A DNA stretch of 64,000 nucleotides from an uncultured virus (IMG/VR IMGVR_UViG_3300009034_000863) (Duplodnaviria > Heunggongvirae > Uroviricota > Caudoviricetes): the IMG/VR virus record IMGVR_UViG_3300009034_000863; one strand, given 5' to 3'. Below, piece by piece: positions 1-9,990 of this stretch. The notes beneath the pieces were generated by a model. That model was not told where the DNA came from. It was given only the letters and a program-made list of their open reading frames with translations, and searched no databases. Positions within the stretch are counted from its first letter, which is position 1, and every line of letters begins with the position of its first letter. The position numbers and the translations under genes were made by a program.

Positions 1-1
1 T

Positions 2-193
2 TTTTTAAAGAAAACAAGACGAGTATTAATTGAGAAAGCAGAAAAATTGTTGGATATAATCAAGAACTCACATTTTCAACATTCGACTAACATGGTTCCT
101 CTGATTGTTGTCATTGGCTCCTTACTTAATTGCATAAAGGACATTGACATCATTCTAAAAGAGTATTGCGAGCATCACACTTCTTATCGCTAG
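2..193 (+). CDS. 5'-truncated hypothetical protein (weak GS...DxD nucleotidyltransferase-like motif)
   Basis: Open frame from the window edge to TAG 191-193; contains VVIGSLLNCIKDIDII. Confidence 0.4.
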   Translation, partial: FLKKTRRVLIEKAEKLLDIIKNSHFQHSTNMVPLIVVIGSLLNCIKDIDIILKEYCEHHTSYR

Positions 194-203
194 GTGAAAA
201 GGA

Positions 204-509
204 ATGAATATTGTTAAAATCAAGCGAGAATTCATGGTCAAGAAAGACCCAGAGAAAGAACATAGTGCATATGTCTTTCCAGACAAGCCTACTGAGCTTG
301 AAGCAATAATTGTGGGACATACATATGGTTGGGGTCCAAAGGACAAGTTTCCTATTTATGTTTACATTCGCAATGGCTTGCTCCATATAGAAAAGACTGT
401 ACAAGAATGTGGTTCAGTTTCTTGTAGAAATGATAGAATAACTACTTGTTTTGATTTGAAGGAAGTAGATCAGATTACAGAATTCATAAAACAGAAAGGA
501 CGGGTTTAA
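204..509 (+). CDS. hypothetical protein
   Basis: ORF with GGTGA SD upstream. Confidence 0.7.
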   Translation: MNIVKIKREFMVKKDPEKEHSAYVFPDKPTELEAIIVGHTYGWGPKDKFPIYVYIRNGLLHIEKTVQECGSVSCRNDRITTCFDLKEVDQITEFIKQKGRV

Positions 510-1052
510 ATGCCTAAACTAGAAACACTTGGAATGATATTCTATGTCTGCCTGAAGTTATCAGGTCTTGTGATGCTAATATATGGACTTGCAGAGCTAG
601 TAAATCCTATCTGGGATTCCATAGTTGCGTCAATAACTCCTGAACAACAAACTTGGATAGTTCTTGTTATCTGTGGTTTCATTCTTGTGTTCGTTCCAGA
701 CATAGTTACTTTTAGAATGAAAAGTCCTGAGAAAAAGAAAAAGAAACAAGAACAGAAATTAGTTGAAGATAACAAAACAAACTTCTTTATTTTCACACAT
801 CATAAGTACTTGTATATTATTCGGACAAGACTTTCTTTTAAATCGTTCAGAGATCTCTACAGGCAATATCACCATATAGACCCTTACGATAAAATGCTAA
901 CATTTGAAGGATTCCTCTTGCGTTCAGATGTGAAAAACTTCAAGATATTCTCAGTTGGAGAATTTGCTAATGACCCTTCAAGCTTCGAGCTATTGATAGA
1001 ATATCTTGCTTTTCCAAGATGTTCTGAGCTTGGAGTAGTTAAAGGTTACTGA
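510..1052 (+). CDS. membrane protein (2 N-terminal TM segments)
   Basis: Two hydrophobic stretches followed by a Lys-rich linker. Confidence 0.7.
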   Translation: MPKLETLGMIFYVCLKLSGLVMLIYGLAELVNPIWDSIVASITPEQQTWIVLVICGFILVFVPDIVTFRMKSPEKKKKKQEQKLVEDNKTNFFIFTHHKYLYIIRTRLSFKSFRDLYRQYHHIDPYDKMLTFEGFLLRSDVKNFKIFSVGEFANDPSSFELLIEYLAFPRCSELGVVKGY

Positions 1053-1113
1053 AGAAAAGTAGCTAGGAGGTGAGTGTATAAAACTTGGACATTTCTTTGG
1101 GATACTTGCTATA

Positions 1114-1584
1114 TTGTGGTTAGTTGGTGGAATAGTCTTAGTGTTCCATTACTATACAGTGTATGTTCCAAATGAACTATACGACCTTTCCAAGGCTAAC
1201 TCTTGGCTAGACCAAGCTATGTCTGCTAATGACATAGAATCTGTTGTGGGCTACTTGAACAATTCATTGAGAGAGTTAGCAGGAAGATCTGGCAATCCTT
1301 GCTGGTGGTTCCCAACTGTCGAGACAGACTTTGATAGTATCAAGGAAGCTATCAGAGTTACTGCTAATCAAGGACTACTACTTGAAGATGACTTTGCAAG
1401 ACAGCAATATATACATAATATTGGAGAGTACGAATTGCCTGAGCTTGAAGCTAGAATTAGCGAGACTTCAGAATGGATAGTGAATCATCAAGGAGTTGCC
1501 AACTGGTCTACTCAAGAACTTTGCTCTGTTGCTTGGTTTATCCTTTGGGTTCTTTGGATAATCTTCGCATTTGCAACTTCATAA
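1114..1584 (+). CDS. membrane protein, hypothetical
   Basis: Hydrophobic N- and C-termini; true start probably further upstream near the GGAGGTGA at ~1066. Confidence 0.65.
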   Translation: MWLVGGIVLVFHYYTVYVPNELYDLSKANSWLDQAMSANDIESVVGYLNNSLRELAGRSGNPCWWFPTVETDFDSIKEAIRVTANQGLLLEDDFARQQYIHNIGEYELPELEARISETSEWIVNHQGVANWSTQELCSVAWFILWVLWIIFAFATS

Positions 1585-1641
1585 GTTCCATACAAGCTAA
1601 CCCTTCCCTCCATTTTTCTAGTAAAAGATTACAGTTAATAG

Positions 1642-1890
1642 GTGATTACTCTGAACGAATTAGAGAAAACTAGAGTTCAGAAAGCATGTGGTTATGTACT
1701 GGCTTGCTTTGGAATTGTTGAGTACAATTTCAATCCTGAAATCAAGTGTGGAATGACCAACTGTACAAATATTGCTTATGTTGGTCTTGCTTGGAAGCCA
1801 GAGATAGAAGAGAACAGACAGTACGTAAGTTATGTCTGTCAAGACTGTCTTGAAGAGATGAAAGAAATAGCAAGTCCTCCAGTTCCCTAG
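1642..1890 (+). CDS. small Cys-containing hypothetical protein
   Basis: CxxxxC and CxxC pairs. Confidence 0.6.
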   Translation: MITLNELEKTRVQKACGYVLACFGIVEYNFNPEIKCGMTNCTNIAYVGLAWKPEIEENRQYVSYVCQDCLEEMKEIASPPVP

Positions 1891-2035
1891 TTTATAGTCA
1901 CTTCATCTTGTGTTTAAACGCAAGGTGTGGACATTGTGCCTCTGTTGGAAGTGCCTCGGGTACCTTCAGAGATGGCTGAAGCGGACATGACAAATGCCAG
2001 TATGTGTTATTAAAGAAAAGCGATAGTAAATTTAA

Positions 2036-2470
2036 ATGAAAAAGTACAACCGAGACGTACATCCTGTTTATGGAGTTGAAGACTTGAAGAAAGTTAGAGC
2101 TAGATGGTTAGGAAGTCCTGAGCCAGTATTTGCTTCATTTGAAGACACTGCTACAGTAAAAGATGTTCTGGAAGAATTTGGGTTCACCATTGGAGACACA
2201 GCAAAATGTATCATTATAATTGGAACTTCTGAAAAGAAGCTAGATGATATTCCAGATGATAAAGACGATATTTTTCTTGTTCCAAGAGTAGAAATGATAG
2301 ATTTTTGTATTGAAGACTTGACCCTAAATATAGATAATATGGATATAGAAAAAGAAAAGAAAGAGTTAGAGGAAGCTTGGAATAAGATTAAGGAATATAT
2401 CCAAGCTACTAAACCTGACCTTTGGGACGAGAAATTAGACACAGTTTTCAGGACTCTTGTGTTAGATTAG
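2036..2470 (+). CDS. protein with N-terminal ubiquitin-like (beta-grasp) domain, no diglycine
   Basis: ATVKDVLEEFG...LDD...DDKDDIFLVPRVE resembles the ThiS/MoaD/SAMP pattern. Confidence 0.5.
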   Translation: MKKYNRDVHPVYGVEDLKKVRARWLGSPEPVFASFEDTATVKDVLEEFGFTIGDTAKCIIIIGTSEKKLDDIPDDKDDIFLVPRVEMIDFCIEDLTLNIDNMDIEKEKKELEEAWNKIKEYIQATKPDLWDEKLDTVFRTLVLD

Positions 2471-3094
2471 GTGATAGACTTGCCTTACAAACCAAAGGAA
2501 GAGTTTATGAAGTCAGATTATGGCTTCATAACAAGATTTATTGCTAGATACCAATCTTTCGTAGAAAAGTATTTCCTTGGAAAGACTGTTGCCTGGAATA
2601 TCTCTATGGAACAGTGGAGACAGTCAATAATAAAAAAGATAGAGACAGAATGTACTTTCTGTCTGGTGTGGGGATGCAAGAAATATCCTAACTGTGATCT
2701 TCCATATAGAGAAATGAAAAGAGGAACTTCTAGACCAATAGCACAGTTTTACTTTCCACACATGAAGTTCTGTGAACAGTGGGAAAGTCGTAGACCAGCT
2801 CAGATGGATGAAAAAGAAATTAAAATGCTGAAAGCGAGGAGAGAGGCAAGAAGAGTTGGGATAATTGCGATTATCAGTATTCCAATCGGAGTGATCGGAG
2901 CAGCTTATGACAACTTACCAGTAGTCATGTTTGCTGTATCTCTTCAGATGATATTTCTTTTTCATCCATATTCAGTAAAGCTGGGTGTCAAGATCAAGAA
3001 TTTAATATGGAAAGCTGCAGGAGGAATCAAGAATATCTATAACAATAAAATTAGACCCAAAATGGCTAGAACGTCAACCAAAAAAATTCAGTAG
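2471..3094 (+). CDS. membrane protein with Cys cluster
   Basis: CxxCxxxxCxxxxxC and two TM segments. Confidence 0.65.
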   Translation: MIDLPYKPKEEFMKSDYGFITRFIARYQSFVEKYFLGKTVAWNISMEQWRQSIIKKIETECTFCLVWGCKKYPNCDLPYREMKRGTSRPIAQFYFPHMKFCEQWESRRPAQMDEKEIKMLKARREARRVGIIAIISIPIGVIGAAYDNLPVVMFAVSLQMIFLFHPYSVKLGVKIKNLIWKAAGGIKNIYNNKIRPKMARTSTKKIQ

Positions 3095-3188
3095 AGGAGG
3101 ATCAGGGAATAAGTCTCTTGACCTTGGAGATGTATCTGGTTTAACTATAAACGAGATACTTGAGAAGGTTAAGGAAGCAGGAGGAGAT

Positions 3189-3668
3189 ATGGATACTCTT
3201 CCTACTGTGAAGGGATTAAGAAGGAAGCTTGATCCTCATTCACTTTCGTACTCTTATGTGAGGAAAGAATCGGGACCAAAGTTAACTGTTAAACATCTTC
3301 ATAATCTTGGTAGGTTATTTCAGAAGAAAAGGCTGAAGATGTTTGCAGTATATTGTTTCTACACAAAGAACTGTCCTCTGAAATGGAAATGTTGGGACCT
3401 TAAGAATGCCAACTGGAATTTTGATTTCATACCAAGCTTAAAACAAAGAAAGAAGCTGGAATGTATAGCTTGGATTAATCCTATCACTTATTACCACAGT
3501 ACTCAGAGAATTAAGATGGATAAATTGAAACATATAGCTCCTTGGAATAGTGTAGAAATATTGAAGGAGTTCTATTCTCTAGGTCTTGGCAAATTCTCTC
3601 TTAAAGAATTAATCTTTGAATGTCAGGTTCCTCTTGAACAGTTAAGACTTGCTCTTATCAGGAAATGA
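3189..3668 (+). CDS. hypothetical protein (frame open upstream to ~3006)
   Basis: ORF; see frameshift finding. Confidence 0.6.
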   Translation: MDTLPTVKGLRRKLDPHSLSYSYVRKESGPKLTVKHLHNLGRLFQKKRLKMFAVYCFYTKNCPLKWKCWDLKNANWNFDFIPSLKQRKKLECIAWINPITYYHSTQRIKMDKLKHIAPWNSVEILKEFYSLGLGKFSLKELIFECQVPLEQLRLALIRK

Positions 3669-3922
3669 TCGAGTTGGAAGAAGAAAAGGTAACTTGTGAA
3701 GTATGTGGGAAGACTGGGAAACATCCTCAGATCGAGAGAGGTATGTCAGATGAAGATATTGCTGAACTAGTGAAGAAATGTGAACTTGGAAACTTCAGAG
3801 TTACTACAATAGGAGTTGTATGTGAATCTTGTTCTCCAGTCTACTTGATTATTTGGGAGAAGCTCCTAAAGAAATTGAATTCTTCTCTGCAAGAAAAACT
3901 TGGAAAAATTCGCTTGTATTGA
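3665..3922 (+). CDS. Zn-finger hypothetical protein
   Basis: CEVC...CESC; ATGA overlap. Confidence 0.65.
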   Translation: MIELEEEKVTCEVCGKTGKHPQIERGMSDEDIAELVKKCELGNFRVTTIGVVCESCSPVYLIIWEKLLKKLNSSLQEKLGKIRLY

Positions 3923-3931
3923 GGTTAGTTC

Positions 3932-4078
3932 ATGATTTACTATCGTCCTAGACGCTTCACCAGTAGATTTGATATGAAGCTAACAAAAGAAGAAAAGGAG
4001 TTATTGAAATTACAAGCTAAAAATAATCATATGACTCCTAGTGAACTTGTTCGTTCATGGATTAACAGTTATTATTGA
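3932..4078 (+). CDS. ribbon-helix-helix (CopG-like) DNA-binding protein, 48 aa
   Basis: Translated by hand: RFDMKLTKEEKELLKLQAKNNHMTPSELVR. Confidence 0.6.
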   Translation: MIYYRPRRFTSRFDMKLTKEEKELLKLQAKNNHMTPSELVRSWINSYY

Positions 4079-4090
4079 GGAGAGATTCAG

Positions 4091-4483
4091 TTGGAAAGAG
4101 AAGATATAATCTTAGCCATGCTGTTATCAGACGGAAAAGACTACTCTCGTTTCAGAGACAATCCAGAAGATAACAAGATAAGAGCAAACAAAATGCTTGA
4201 TATAATCAAGAAGCATATAGGCGAGAAAGATTTAAGACTTAGAACAATGACTAATCTAGGGTTTAGAATTGCTGAACTTTTGATTGAGAGAGACAAACCA
4301 ACAAGAGGTGCAGTGAGAGATGAATTGTTAGTTGTTCCTTGTCCTTGTGGGTACACAATTCATCTGGTTACTTCAACCAGTTCTCAAACATTGAATTGGA
4401 TAACTGGAAAAGAAGTTAAGTGCCACTGGACTGGTTCTATACCATACATAGTCTTTGAACCTAAGAGGATACCTCAAGTATGA
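4091..4483 (+). CDS. hypothetical protein
   Basis: ORF, GAGGAG SD. Confidence 0.65.
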   Translation: MEREDIILAMLLSDGKDYSRFRDNPEDNKIRANKMLDIIKKHIGEKDLRLRTMTNLGFRIAELLIERDKPTRGAVRDELLVVPCPCGYTIHLVTSTSSQTLNWITGKEVKCHWTGSIPYIVFEPKRIPQV

Positions 4484-4869
4484 AATCTAAATATTACAAG
4501 GTAGGACTTCCTAAAGATGTTATTAAAAGAATGAGGAAGTTCCTTGAAGAGAGACAGAAAATTCCTAAAGATATGCTAGATGTTGAGGTTGTAGATAGGT
4601 TCATAGAAGTAGCAATTCACAGCTATCTTGGATGGGATTATGAAGGGATACCCAGTACAGAAGAATATGGTGACTTGGAGAAAGGAATTGTAGTTACTGG
4701 GGAAGTGAATTCAGATTATACTAGGGGATTATTCTATGGTCTTATGGATGCTTCATTGCCTAAAGATCCAGATCAATGGATTTTCTACTTCAGTGAATTA
4801 TTGAAGAACTTTGCAGGAAAAAAAGTCAAGATAACATTTGTAGTTAATGCAGAGAAGTGGAGACAATAA
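4480..4869 (+). CDS. hypothetical protein (RHH-like N-terminus) with C-terminal EKWRQ tag
   Basis: Ends AEKWRQ-stop. Confidence 0.7.
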   Translation: MKSKYYKVGLPKDVIKRMRKFLEERQKIPKDMLDVEVVDRFIEVAIHSYLGWDYEGIPSTEEYGDLEKGIVVTGEVNSDYTRGLFYGLMDASLPKDPDQWIFYFSELLKNFAGKKVKITFVVNAEKWRQ

Positions 4870-5028
4870 GATGGATGACAAATACAAGAAATTGATGGAA
4901 GAATGCTGGAAAGATGTTGATTTTGATTATCCTCCTAGTATGGAAGACTTGGCAAGATCTATTATGGCTGTAGAACTTTTCAAGAAGAGACTAGCAGCTG
5001 GTGTTTATCCAGAGGAGGTGAAACAAAC

Positions 5029-5274
5029 ATGACGACAAGTTTAAAATTAAACGGTAGAGTTCGAGTAGCCAAGACGGAATGGCTGGAAGCCCTTCAAGAT
5101 AAGGGAGAGAAAGAAGTCGTTATATATATTTCTGGATTGCCAAAGTCAGGAACTATGGGTCCTACTAACATGAACGGTACTTTGACAATAGATGTTTCAA
5201 CAATATCTCATACTCACCCAGAAATGTATGATGCAATACTAGAACTAGAAAAAATACTGGAAATTGGTTCATAG
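5029..5274 (+). CDS. hypothetical protein
   Basis: ORF, GGAGGTG SD. Confidence 0.6.
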   Translation: MTTSLKLNGRVRVAKTEWLEALQDKGEKEVVIYISGLPKSGTMGPTNMNGTLTIDVSTISHTHPEMYDAILELEKILEIGS

Positions 5275-5625
5275 GTGTCTCGAATGAAAGTTGAAAGAAA
5301 GAACTTCTGGTATAGGATACTTGCTCCTATACTGAATTGGTATGGGAGATCAAAAGGTATCAGTGGATGCCTCATATGTGGAGACAATTGGAACTGGAAA
5401 CAGGCTCATTATATTGAGATGAGGAAAGGAGAAAGTGCTTTTCCAACTTGTCAAGAGTGTTGGGATACATGTTCTGACAGAGAGATATTAAGGGCTGCTG
5501 AAGAACTTGGAATGACTTGGAAGAGTCATTCTAGATTGTTATTTCTTGGTCAATCAATAGACCAAGCTAATCTTCTGATGGCAACAACTAAAGTAGCTTT
5601 GCTCAGAAGAAAGAAGCGTTCATGA
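5275..5625 (+). CDS. Zn-finger hypothetical protein
   Basis: CLIC...CQEC. Confidence 0.6.
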   Translation: MSRMKVERKNFWYRILAPILNWYGRSKGISGCLICGDNWNWKQAHYIEMRKGESAFPTCQECWDTCSDREILRAAEELGMTWKSHSRLLFLGQSIDQANLLMATTKVALLRRKKRS

Positions 5626-5641
5626 GTACGAGGAGAGAATC

Positions 5642-6325
5642 ATGGAAACAGGTCATCAAGAAATAAATAGTATCATTGGTTTGATAACAAAGAATCAGAC
5701 TGATGAAGCCAATCAGAGAATCAAGTCGTTAAAGAAAAGGAAAATTGAGAATGGACAGAAGATACAGGGAATTGCTTCGGTAACTATGGTGCTTGAAGGT
5801 AAGAGAGATCCTGGGGCAGCGGCATTAGATCTTCTATTACTTAGAAGTTTCAAGGGTTACAAGATAAACAAAAAACAGAGGCAATCACTGATAAATCTCA
5901 AGAAAGCATTGGAATCAATAAAGTCTTCCACTGAAGATTGTCCACATCCACCTGAAAAACTGGAAATATACAGGCTGATGCATGGTGGTGGATTCACTCC
6001 AACTGTTGTAATTCCAGAATTAGTTTGCAGAGAATGTGGATTGAACGTTACTCTACCAGCATTTCAGAAGAGATGGAATGGAGAAGCAAAACCATTTGAC
6101 GAGCCAACTCATTCTCAGATCGAGGAACGATATGGAATACAAGTAATGGGGAAGTTCATAAAGAATCTGAAGGAATACATGGAAGATACTAATGCTGGTA
6201 CAATGGGTGTTGAAAATATACTGAAAAATCCAGAGGGAGTATTTGCTGAAGTCAAGAAGATGCCTTCTATGGAAGGATTCATTATCAATGACAAGAAGAA
6301 ACTAGACAGTTTCTCTGGGAAGTGA
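5642..6325 (+). CDS. hypothetical protein
   Basis: 227 aa ORF, CPH...CREC. Confidence 0.7.
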   Translation: METGHQEINSIIGLITKNQTDEANQRIKSLKKRKIENGQKIQGIASVTMVLEGKRDPGAAALDLLLLRSFKGYKINKKQRQSLINLKKALESIKSSTEDCPHPPEKLEIYRLMHGGGFTPTVVIPELVCRECGLNVTLPAFQKRWNGEAKPFDEPTHSQIEERYGIQVMGKFIKNLKEYMEDTNAGTMGVENILKNPEGVFAEVKKMPSMEGFIINDKKKLDSFSGK

Positions 6326-6561
6326 TAAATATGAACCCGAAAAAATTAGGAACAGCATTCGTTGGAATATACAAACATTTCTGTCATAACAGAGGAATCT
6401 GGCTGCCGCTCCTAGTAATATTTGCTGTACTTAATATTATCTATGGTTCATTTGTAATCTTCACTTCTTGGGAAGGAATTATGGCTTGGCTATATCTGAT
6501 ATATTATCCTGCTATCAAGAGAAGAGTTAGAAGGAAACAAATTCTGGAAAATAAGGGATAG
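6322..6561 (+). CDS. small membrane protein
   Basis: Hydrophobic core. Confidence 0.55.
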   Translation: MINMNPKKLGTAFVGIYKHFCHNRGIWLPLLVIFAVLNIIYGSFVIFTSWEGIMAWLYLIYYPAIKRRVRRKQILENKG

Positions 6562-6563
6562 AA

Positions 6564-6722
6564 ATGACAATAGGATTTTGTCCTGAGTGTGGTGCAGAGT
6601 TAGGAGAATATGACATCAGAGTTAGAAAGATCAGAGACTCTTCTACAAGCAATGATCACTCTTATGTGTACGTTTGTACCAAGTGTGGATACATAATAGG
6701 ATTTTCAAAAGGAACTTATTGA
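6564..6722 (+). CDS. Zn-ribbon microprotein, 52 aa
   Basis: Translated by hand: FCPECG...YVCTKCG. Confidence 0.6.
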   Translation: MTIGFCPECGAELGEYDIRVRKIRDSSTSNDHSYVYVCTKCGYIIGFSKGTY

Positions 6723-6907
6723 GGGATTGAAATGGATAGTGAAGAATACTCAAGACAGACTCTTGAAACATTAAGGAAGAAGATTGATAAAGTAACTCAG
6801 ACTTCTGTTCCTATTACTCTGACAGTATTGAAGCTAGAACTTTCTTATCATCTCATTGAAGCTATTCTAAGATTAGAAGGACGACTTAAGAAAATACAGG
6901 ACAAGTT

Positions 6908-7183
6908 GTGATACAAATGGGGTTGTTTACAGAATTAACAGGAACATACAAGTGCGACAATTGTGGACACAAGTTCGATGGTAAAGAAGTTAAGCTCCAT
7001 CCTTTTGGAGATGGTGTAGTTTTCAAAGGCAACTGTTTCTTGAAATTTGTCTTTGTAAATAAAGCTGGAAAATTGACTAGTTCGTATGAACAGCCAAAAT
7101 CGGATGAGATGGTCTTAAGCTGTCCCAAATGTAATTACACACATTTGTTTGGTTTCAAGTTGGCAGATTTGTCAAATTTATAG
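6908..7183 (+). CDS. Zn-ribbon protein
   Basis: CDNC...CPKC. Confidence 0.65.
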   Translation: MIQMGLFTELTGTYKCDNCGHKFDGKEVKLHPFGDGVVFKGNCFLKFVFVNKAGKLTSSYEQPKSDEMVLSCPKCNYTHLFGFKLADLSNL

Positions 7184-7215
7184 AGGGACAATCACAGTTA
7201 CTGAAATAAGGAGAA

Positions 7216-7440
7216 ATGGAAATGTCCGAAGAACAAGAAAAGACAGAGCAAGAATTGACGACAGAAATCAGCGAACTACTGAAGAAAGTTGTCGGTAAGA
7301 TTAACTCTTTCGACAGCAAAACCAAGAGAGCTAATGTTACCGAGTCAGCAATGAACACTGTAATTGCTGGTTCTGACCTGTCCAGAAGAGAGAAGGCAGG
7401 AATTCTTGCTTATCTTTTGAACGCAAGAATAAAAGGGTAA
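7216..7440 (+). CDS. small helical hypothetical protein
   Basis: ORF with GGAG SD. Confidence 0.6.
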   Translation: MEMSEEQEKTEQELTTEISELLKKVVGKINSFDSKTKRANVTESAMNTVIAGSDLSRREKAGILAYLLNARIKG

Positions 7441-7617
7441 GCGTCTGCTATAAGTTGGGTATCCGACTGGAACGCTGTATTGAAGTATTATGAAAATACT
7501 ACAAAGTAGATATAGCTTGCCTAAAGTAGAACAGCCAATCTGCAGTAAGGACTGTCCGAAAAGGTTGTACAAAGTACAGTTGGAAACTTCCTGATGTAGA
7601 AACAGATGCCTTATCCT
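7434..7617 (+). ncRNA. structured intergenic RNA closed by a relaxed BHB/BHL motif
   Basis: AGGGTAAG/CTTATCCT, CGTCTG/CAGATG, 3-nt AAA bulge, CTAT/GTAG 4-bp helix, TCCGACTG/CAGTTGGA. Confidence 0.5.
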
Positions 7618-7618
7618 A

Positions 7619-7632
7619 TCTCCCTATTTTTT
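7619..7632 (+). terminator. pyrimidine/T-tract terminator (CCTATTTTTT)
   Basis: The same motif follows genes at ~26833 and ~38344. Confidence 0.45.
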
Positions 7633-7658
7633 AGTAACAATCGCTAGGAGGAATAATC

Positions 7659-8246
7659 TTGGAAGAAGAAAAAGATGATGGTTTAGTTAAATTAGTAAAA
7701 CATGGTGCCCAATCTAGAGCAGACGGAATTGAAAGAGAAAAGAAAGGAGAGAGACCAGAACTAAAGGAAGAGTTCAAAGAGCAAGTAGATTCACTTGATA
7801 GAATTGGTCAACAAGTATTACTTGCTATGACTTTAGAAAGTCTCAGAGGAAGCTGGTCTTATTGGGAAGATAGATTAGCACTTGTTCATTATCTCTGTGA
7901 TGTACTGGAAAAAACTGGAGTCAGTACGAAGAAATATAGAGTTTCACTGCCTAAAGATATGATAAAAGCTATCAGGCATAATGCATACTTGTTCGATGGA
8001 GAATGGATTGATGGAAGAATCTTCAGAGACGGAAGCAGAAGTTCTGGATTAACTGGTGATATATCCTATTATCTGACTGGGGATGATAGGGAAGCACCTC
8101 ATGGATTTGAAGGTACTTACTTTGAGGTGTGGATGTTTGCTGCTTACAACTGTGGAGGAGATAATCTTCTCTACAGAATGAAAGTGGTGTACAAGATTTT
8201 GGGAGAATTAGATGATTTAACCTTTGAGGATCTAGCGGAGGAATAA
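7659..8246 (+). CDS. hypothetical protein
   Basis: 195 aa ORF, GGAGG SD. Confidence 0.7.
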   Translation: MEEEKDDGLVKLVKHGAQSRADGIEREKKGERPELKEEFKEQVDSLDRIGQQVLLAMTLESLRGSWSYWEDRLALVHYLCDVLEKTGVSTKKYRVSLPKDMIKAIRHNAYLFDGEWIDGRIFRDGSRSSGLTGDISYYLTGDDREAPHGFEGTYFEVWMFAAYNCGGDNLLYRMKVVYKILGELDDLTFEDLAEE

Positions 8247-8428
8247 ACTTGGGAGATGAATTTGGAAGACCAGATGATGATCCAGACACTCTAGAAGACC
8301 ATCTTATTCTAGATGGTGACTGGATAGATGGTATGCACACCTTTGAGATATATGCTAGCGGTCACACAATTAAGTTCAAGAGAAAAGGCAAGCATTGTAT
8401 AATTGAAATAGAAGACAAGGTGTGAAAC

Positions 8429-8671
8429 ATGAAGCTTCTAGATCCTAAAAAGGGAGATCTTATTCCATTTGTCAGAATTTCAATTGCTGAAGGAAAAATC
8501 AGTTCTGGAGATTATGATGACATCATGTTCATAGCTTATCCTTCTGATATGAAGCATTTATATGTAAAATTTACTCATCCAAGATGGCAACAAGATGAAG
8601 TTGTTCAGATGAGTCTTGAGGACATAGTTCGAGAAGCTCTTTCTTTTATAGAAAAGAGTAGGAGTGAATAA
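8429..8671 (+). CDS. hypothetical protein
   Basis: ORF, GGTG SD. Confidence 0.6.
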   Translation: MKLLDPKKGDLIPFVRISIAEGKISSGDYDDIMFIAYPSDMKHLYVKFTHPRWQQDEVVQMSLEDIVREALSFIEKSRSE

Positions 8672-8856
8672 CAAATGTTTAGTAGAAACATAGGTTCTTT
8701 CTGGCTAGGTCTTCTTGCATTCTACTTTGTGGGAAAAATCCTAGAATATCTGGAACTAGGCAATATCTTTGTTACTATTTTACTGACAATATTGTTGGTA
8801 GGATTTGTTATCAGTCACTGTTTCAAATGGTGTCTTGAACCTATAGGGTGATATAA

Positions 8857-9189
8857 ATGGCAAGTAAAAAAGTTGCAATCGTTAGAGGAGTCCTAATCCT
8901 AGTATGCTTGATTGCAATAGGACTTTTTATAAACTACTTTGAAAATACAGAAAAAATCGAAATAACGAGCAAAGTAGCTTATCGCTATGTCAATCGAAAG
9001 AATCATGGGACCATCATCATTCCGCTAGGTGATGAACCAGGAGATCCTTCTTGGGGAGTTCCTATAGAGTCAGATGTTTTTCATCTAGTATTAGAAGATG
9101 GTTCAAATCATGAAGTATCCACTGAAGTGTTCGTTAAATACACTGAAGGAGATTACTACACATATACTACTAGAGTATGGAAAGGTTGA
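8857..9189 (+). CDS. membrane-anchored protein
   Basis: N-terminal TM helix. Confidence 0.65.
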   Translation: MASKKVAIVRGVLILVCLIAIGLFINYFENTEKIEITSKVAYRYVNRKNHGTIIIPLGDEPGDPSWGVPIESDVFHLVLEDGSNHEVSTEVFVKYTEGDYYTYTTRVWKG

Positions 9190-9494
9190 ACCAAACAGTT
9201 ACTCAAGAAGACAAGTGGAGACAGTCAGAGAACAATCCTCCCAGATGTCCTCACTGTGATCATTTACTATACAATATTCATATTGAGCAAGACTATTCTT
9301 TCTCTGGCTGGGAAACATATACTAAGAAGAGAGGATGGGTTCCTGAAGATCAAGCCTATGATGACTTGGATGATGGTGAGAAGTCAGATTATGATACTAA
9401 CGATTATGAAGAACTCGGTACAAGATGGGTTTGTCCATACTGTAATGAAACGATTGAGGATCCAGAAATAACTGGCAAGGTTGGATATTACTGA
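9177..9494 (+). CDS. Zn-ribbon protein with N-terminal DKWRQ tag
   Basis: EDKWRQ, CPHC...CPYC; similar to 52699..52974. Confidence 0.7.
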   Translation: MERLNQTVTQEDKWRQSENNPPRCPHCDHLLYNIHIEQDYSFSGWETYTKKRGWVPEDQAYDDLDDGEKSDYDTNDYEELGTRWVCPYCNETIEDPEITGKVGYY

Positions 9495-9685
9495 TGTCAG
9501 AAGAGATGAATGATATTAGTTCAAGCCTAGGATTCAAAATATTTATATCCATATGGATAATCACTTGGTTTCTGTGTATATGGATAAAAGATTACCGTTG
9601 TGAACTCTTCTGGAGTGGGGTATGGAGTCTAGCTATAGCTCTAATGGTTCTCATTGGTTATTCAAAAGGAAGAGAGGAAAGTTAA
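9494..9685 (+). CDS. small membrane protein
   Basis: Two hydrophobic segments. Confidence 0.55.
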   Translation: MSEEMNDISSSLGFKIFISIWIITWFLCIWIKDYRCELFWSGVWSLAIALMVLIGYSKGREES

Positions 9686-9687
9686 TA

Positions 9688-9990
9688 ATGTCAGAAGAAA
9701 AGAAATGGAGTCAAGATGAAGAGGCGAGAAAACAGAGACTGACCTTTGATCATGTTAATGGCATGGGTGATCCCCAGTGTGTTATTATAGATGGGGGATT
9801 TTCTGTCTCTCTTGAGACAGGCATGAGATCGGAAGAGACAGATGAAGATAAAGACGAAGAGACAGCTATAGAGATATTCCTTCATTTCTGGCATAGAATT
9901 CCAGCTGGAGCATTTATTAATTTAGCTATTCTATTCAGTAGTTATCTTGAACACTTAATCGAAAAGAAAAAGAAAAAGGAAGTACCATAA
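9688..9990 (+). CDS. hypothetical protein
   Basis: Start MSEEKKWSQ after the upstream stop; possible N-terminal KWSQ tag. Confidence 0.6.
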   Translation: MSEEKKWSQDEEARKQRLTFDHVNGMGDPQCVIIDGGFSVSLETGMRSEETDEDKDEETAIEIFLHFWHRIPAGAFINLAILFSSYLEHLIEKKKKKEVP

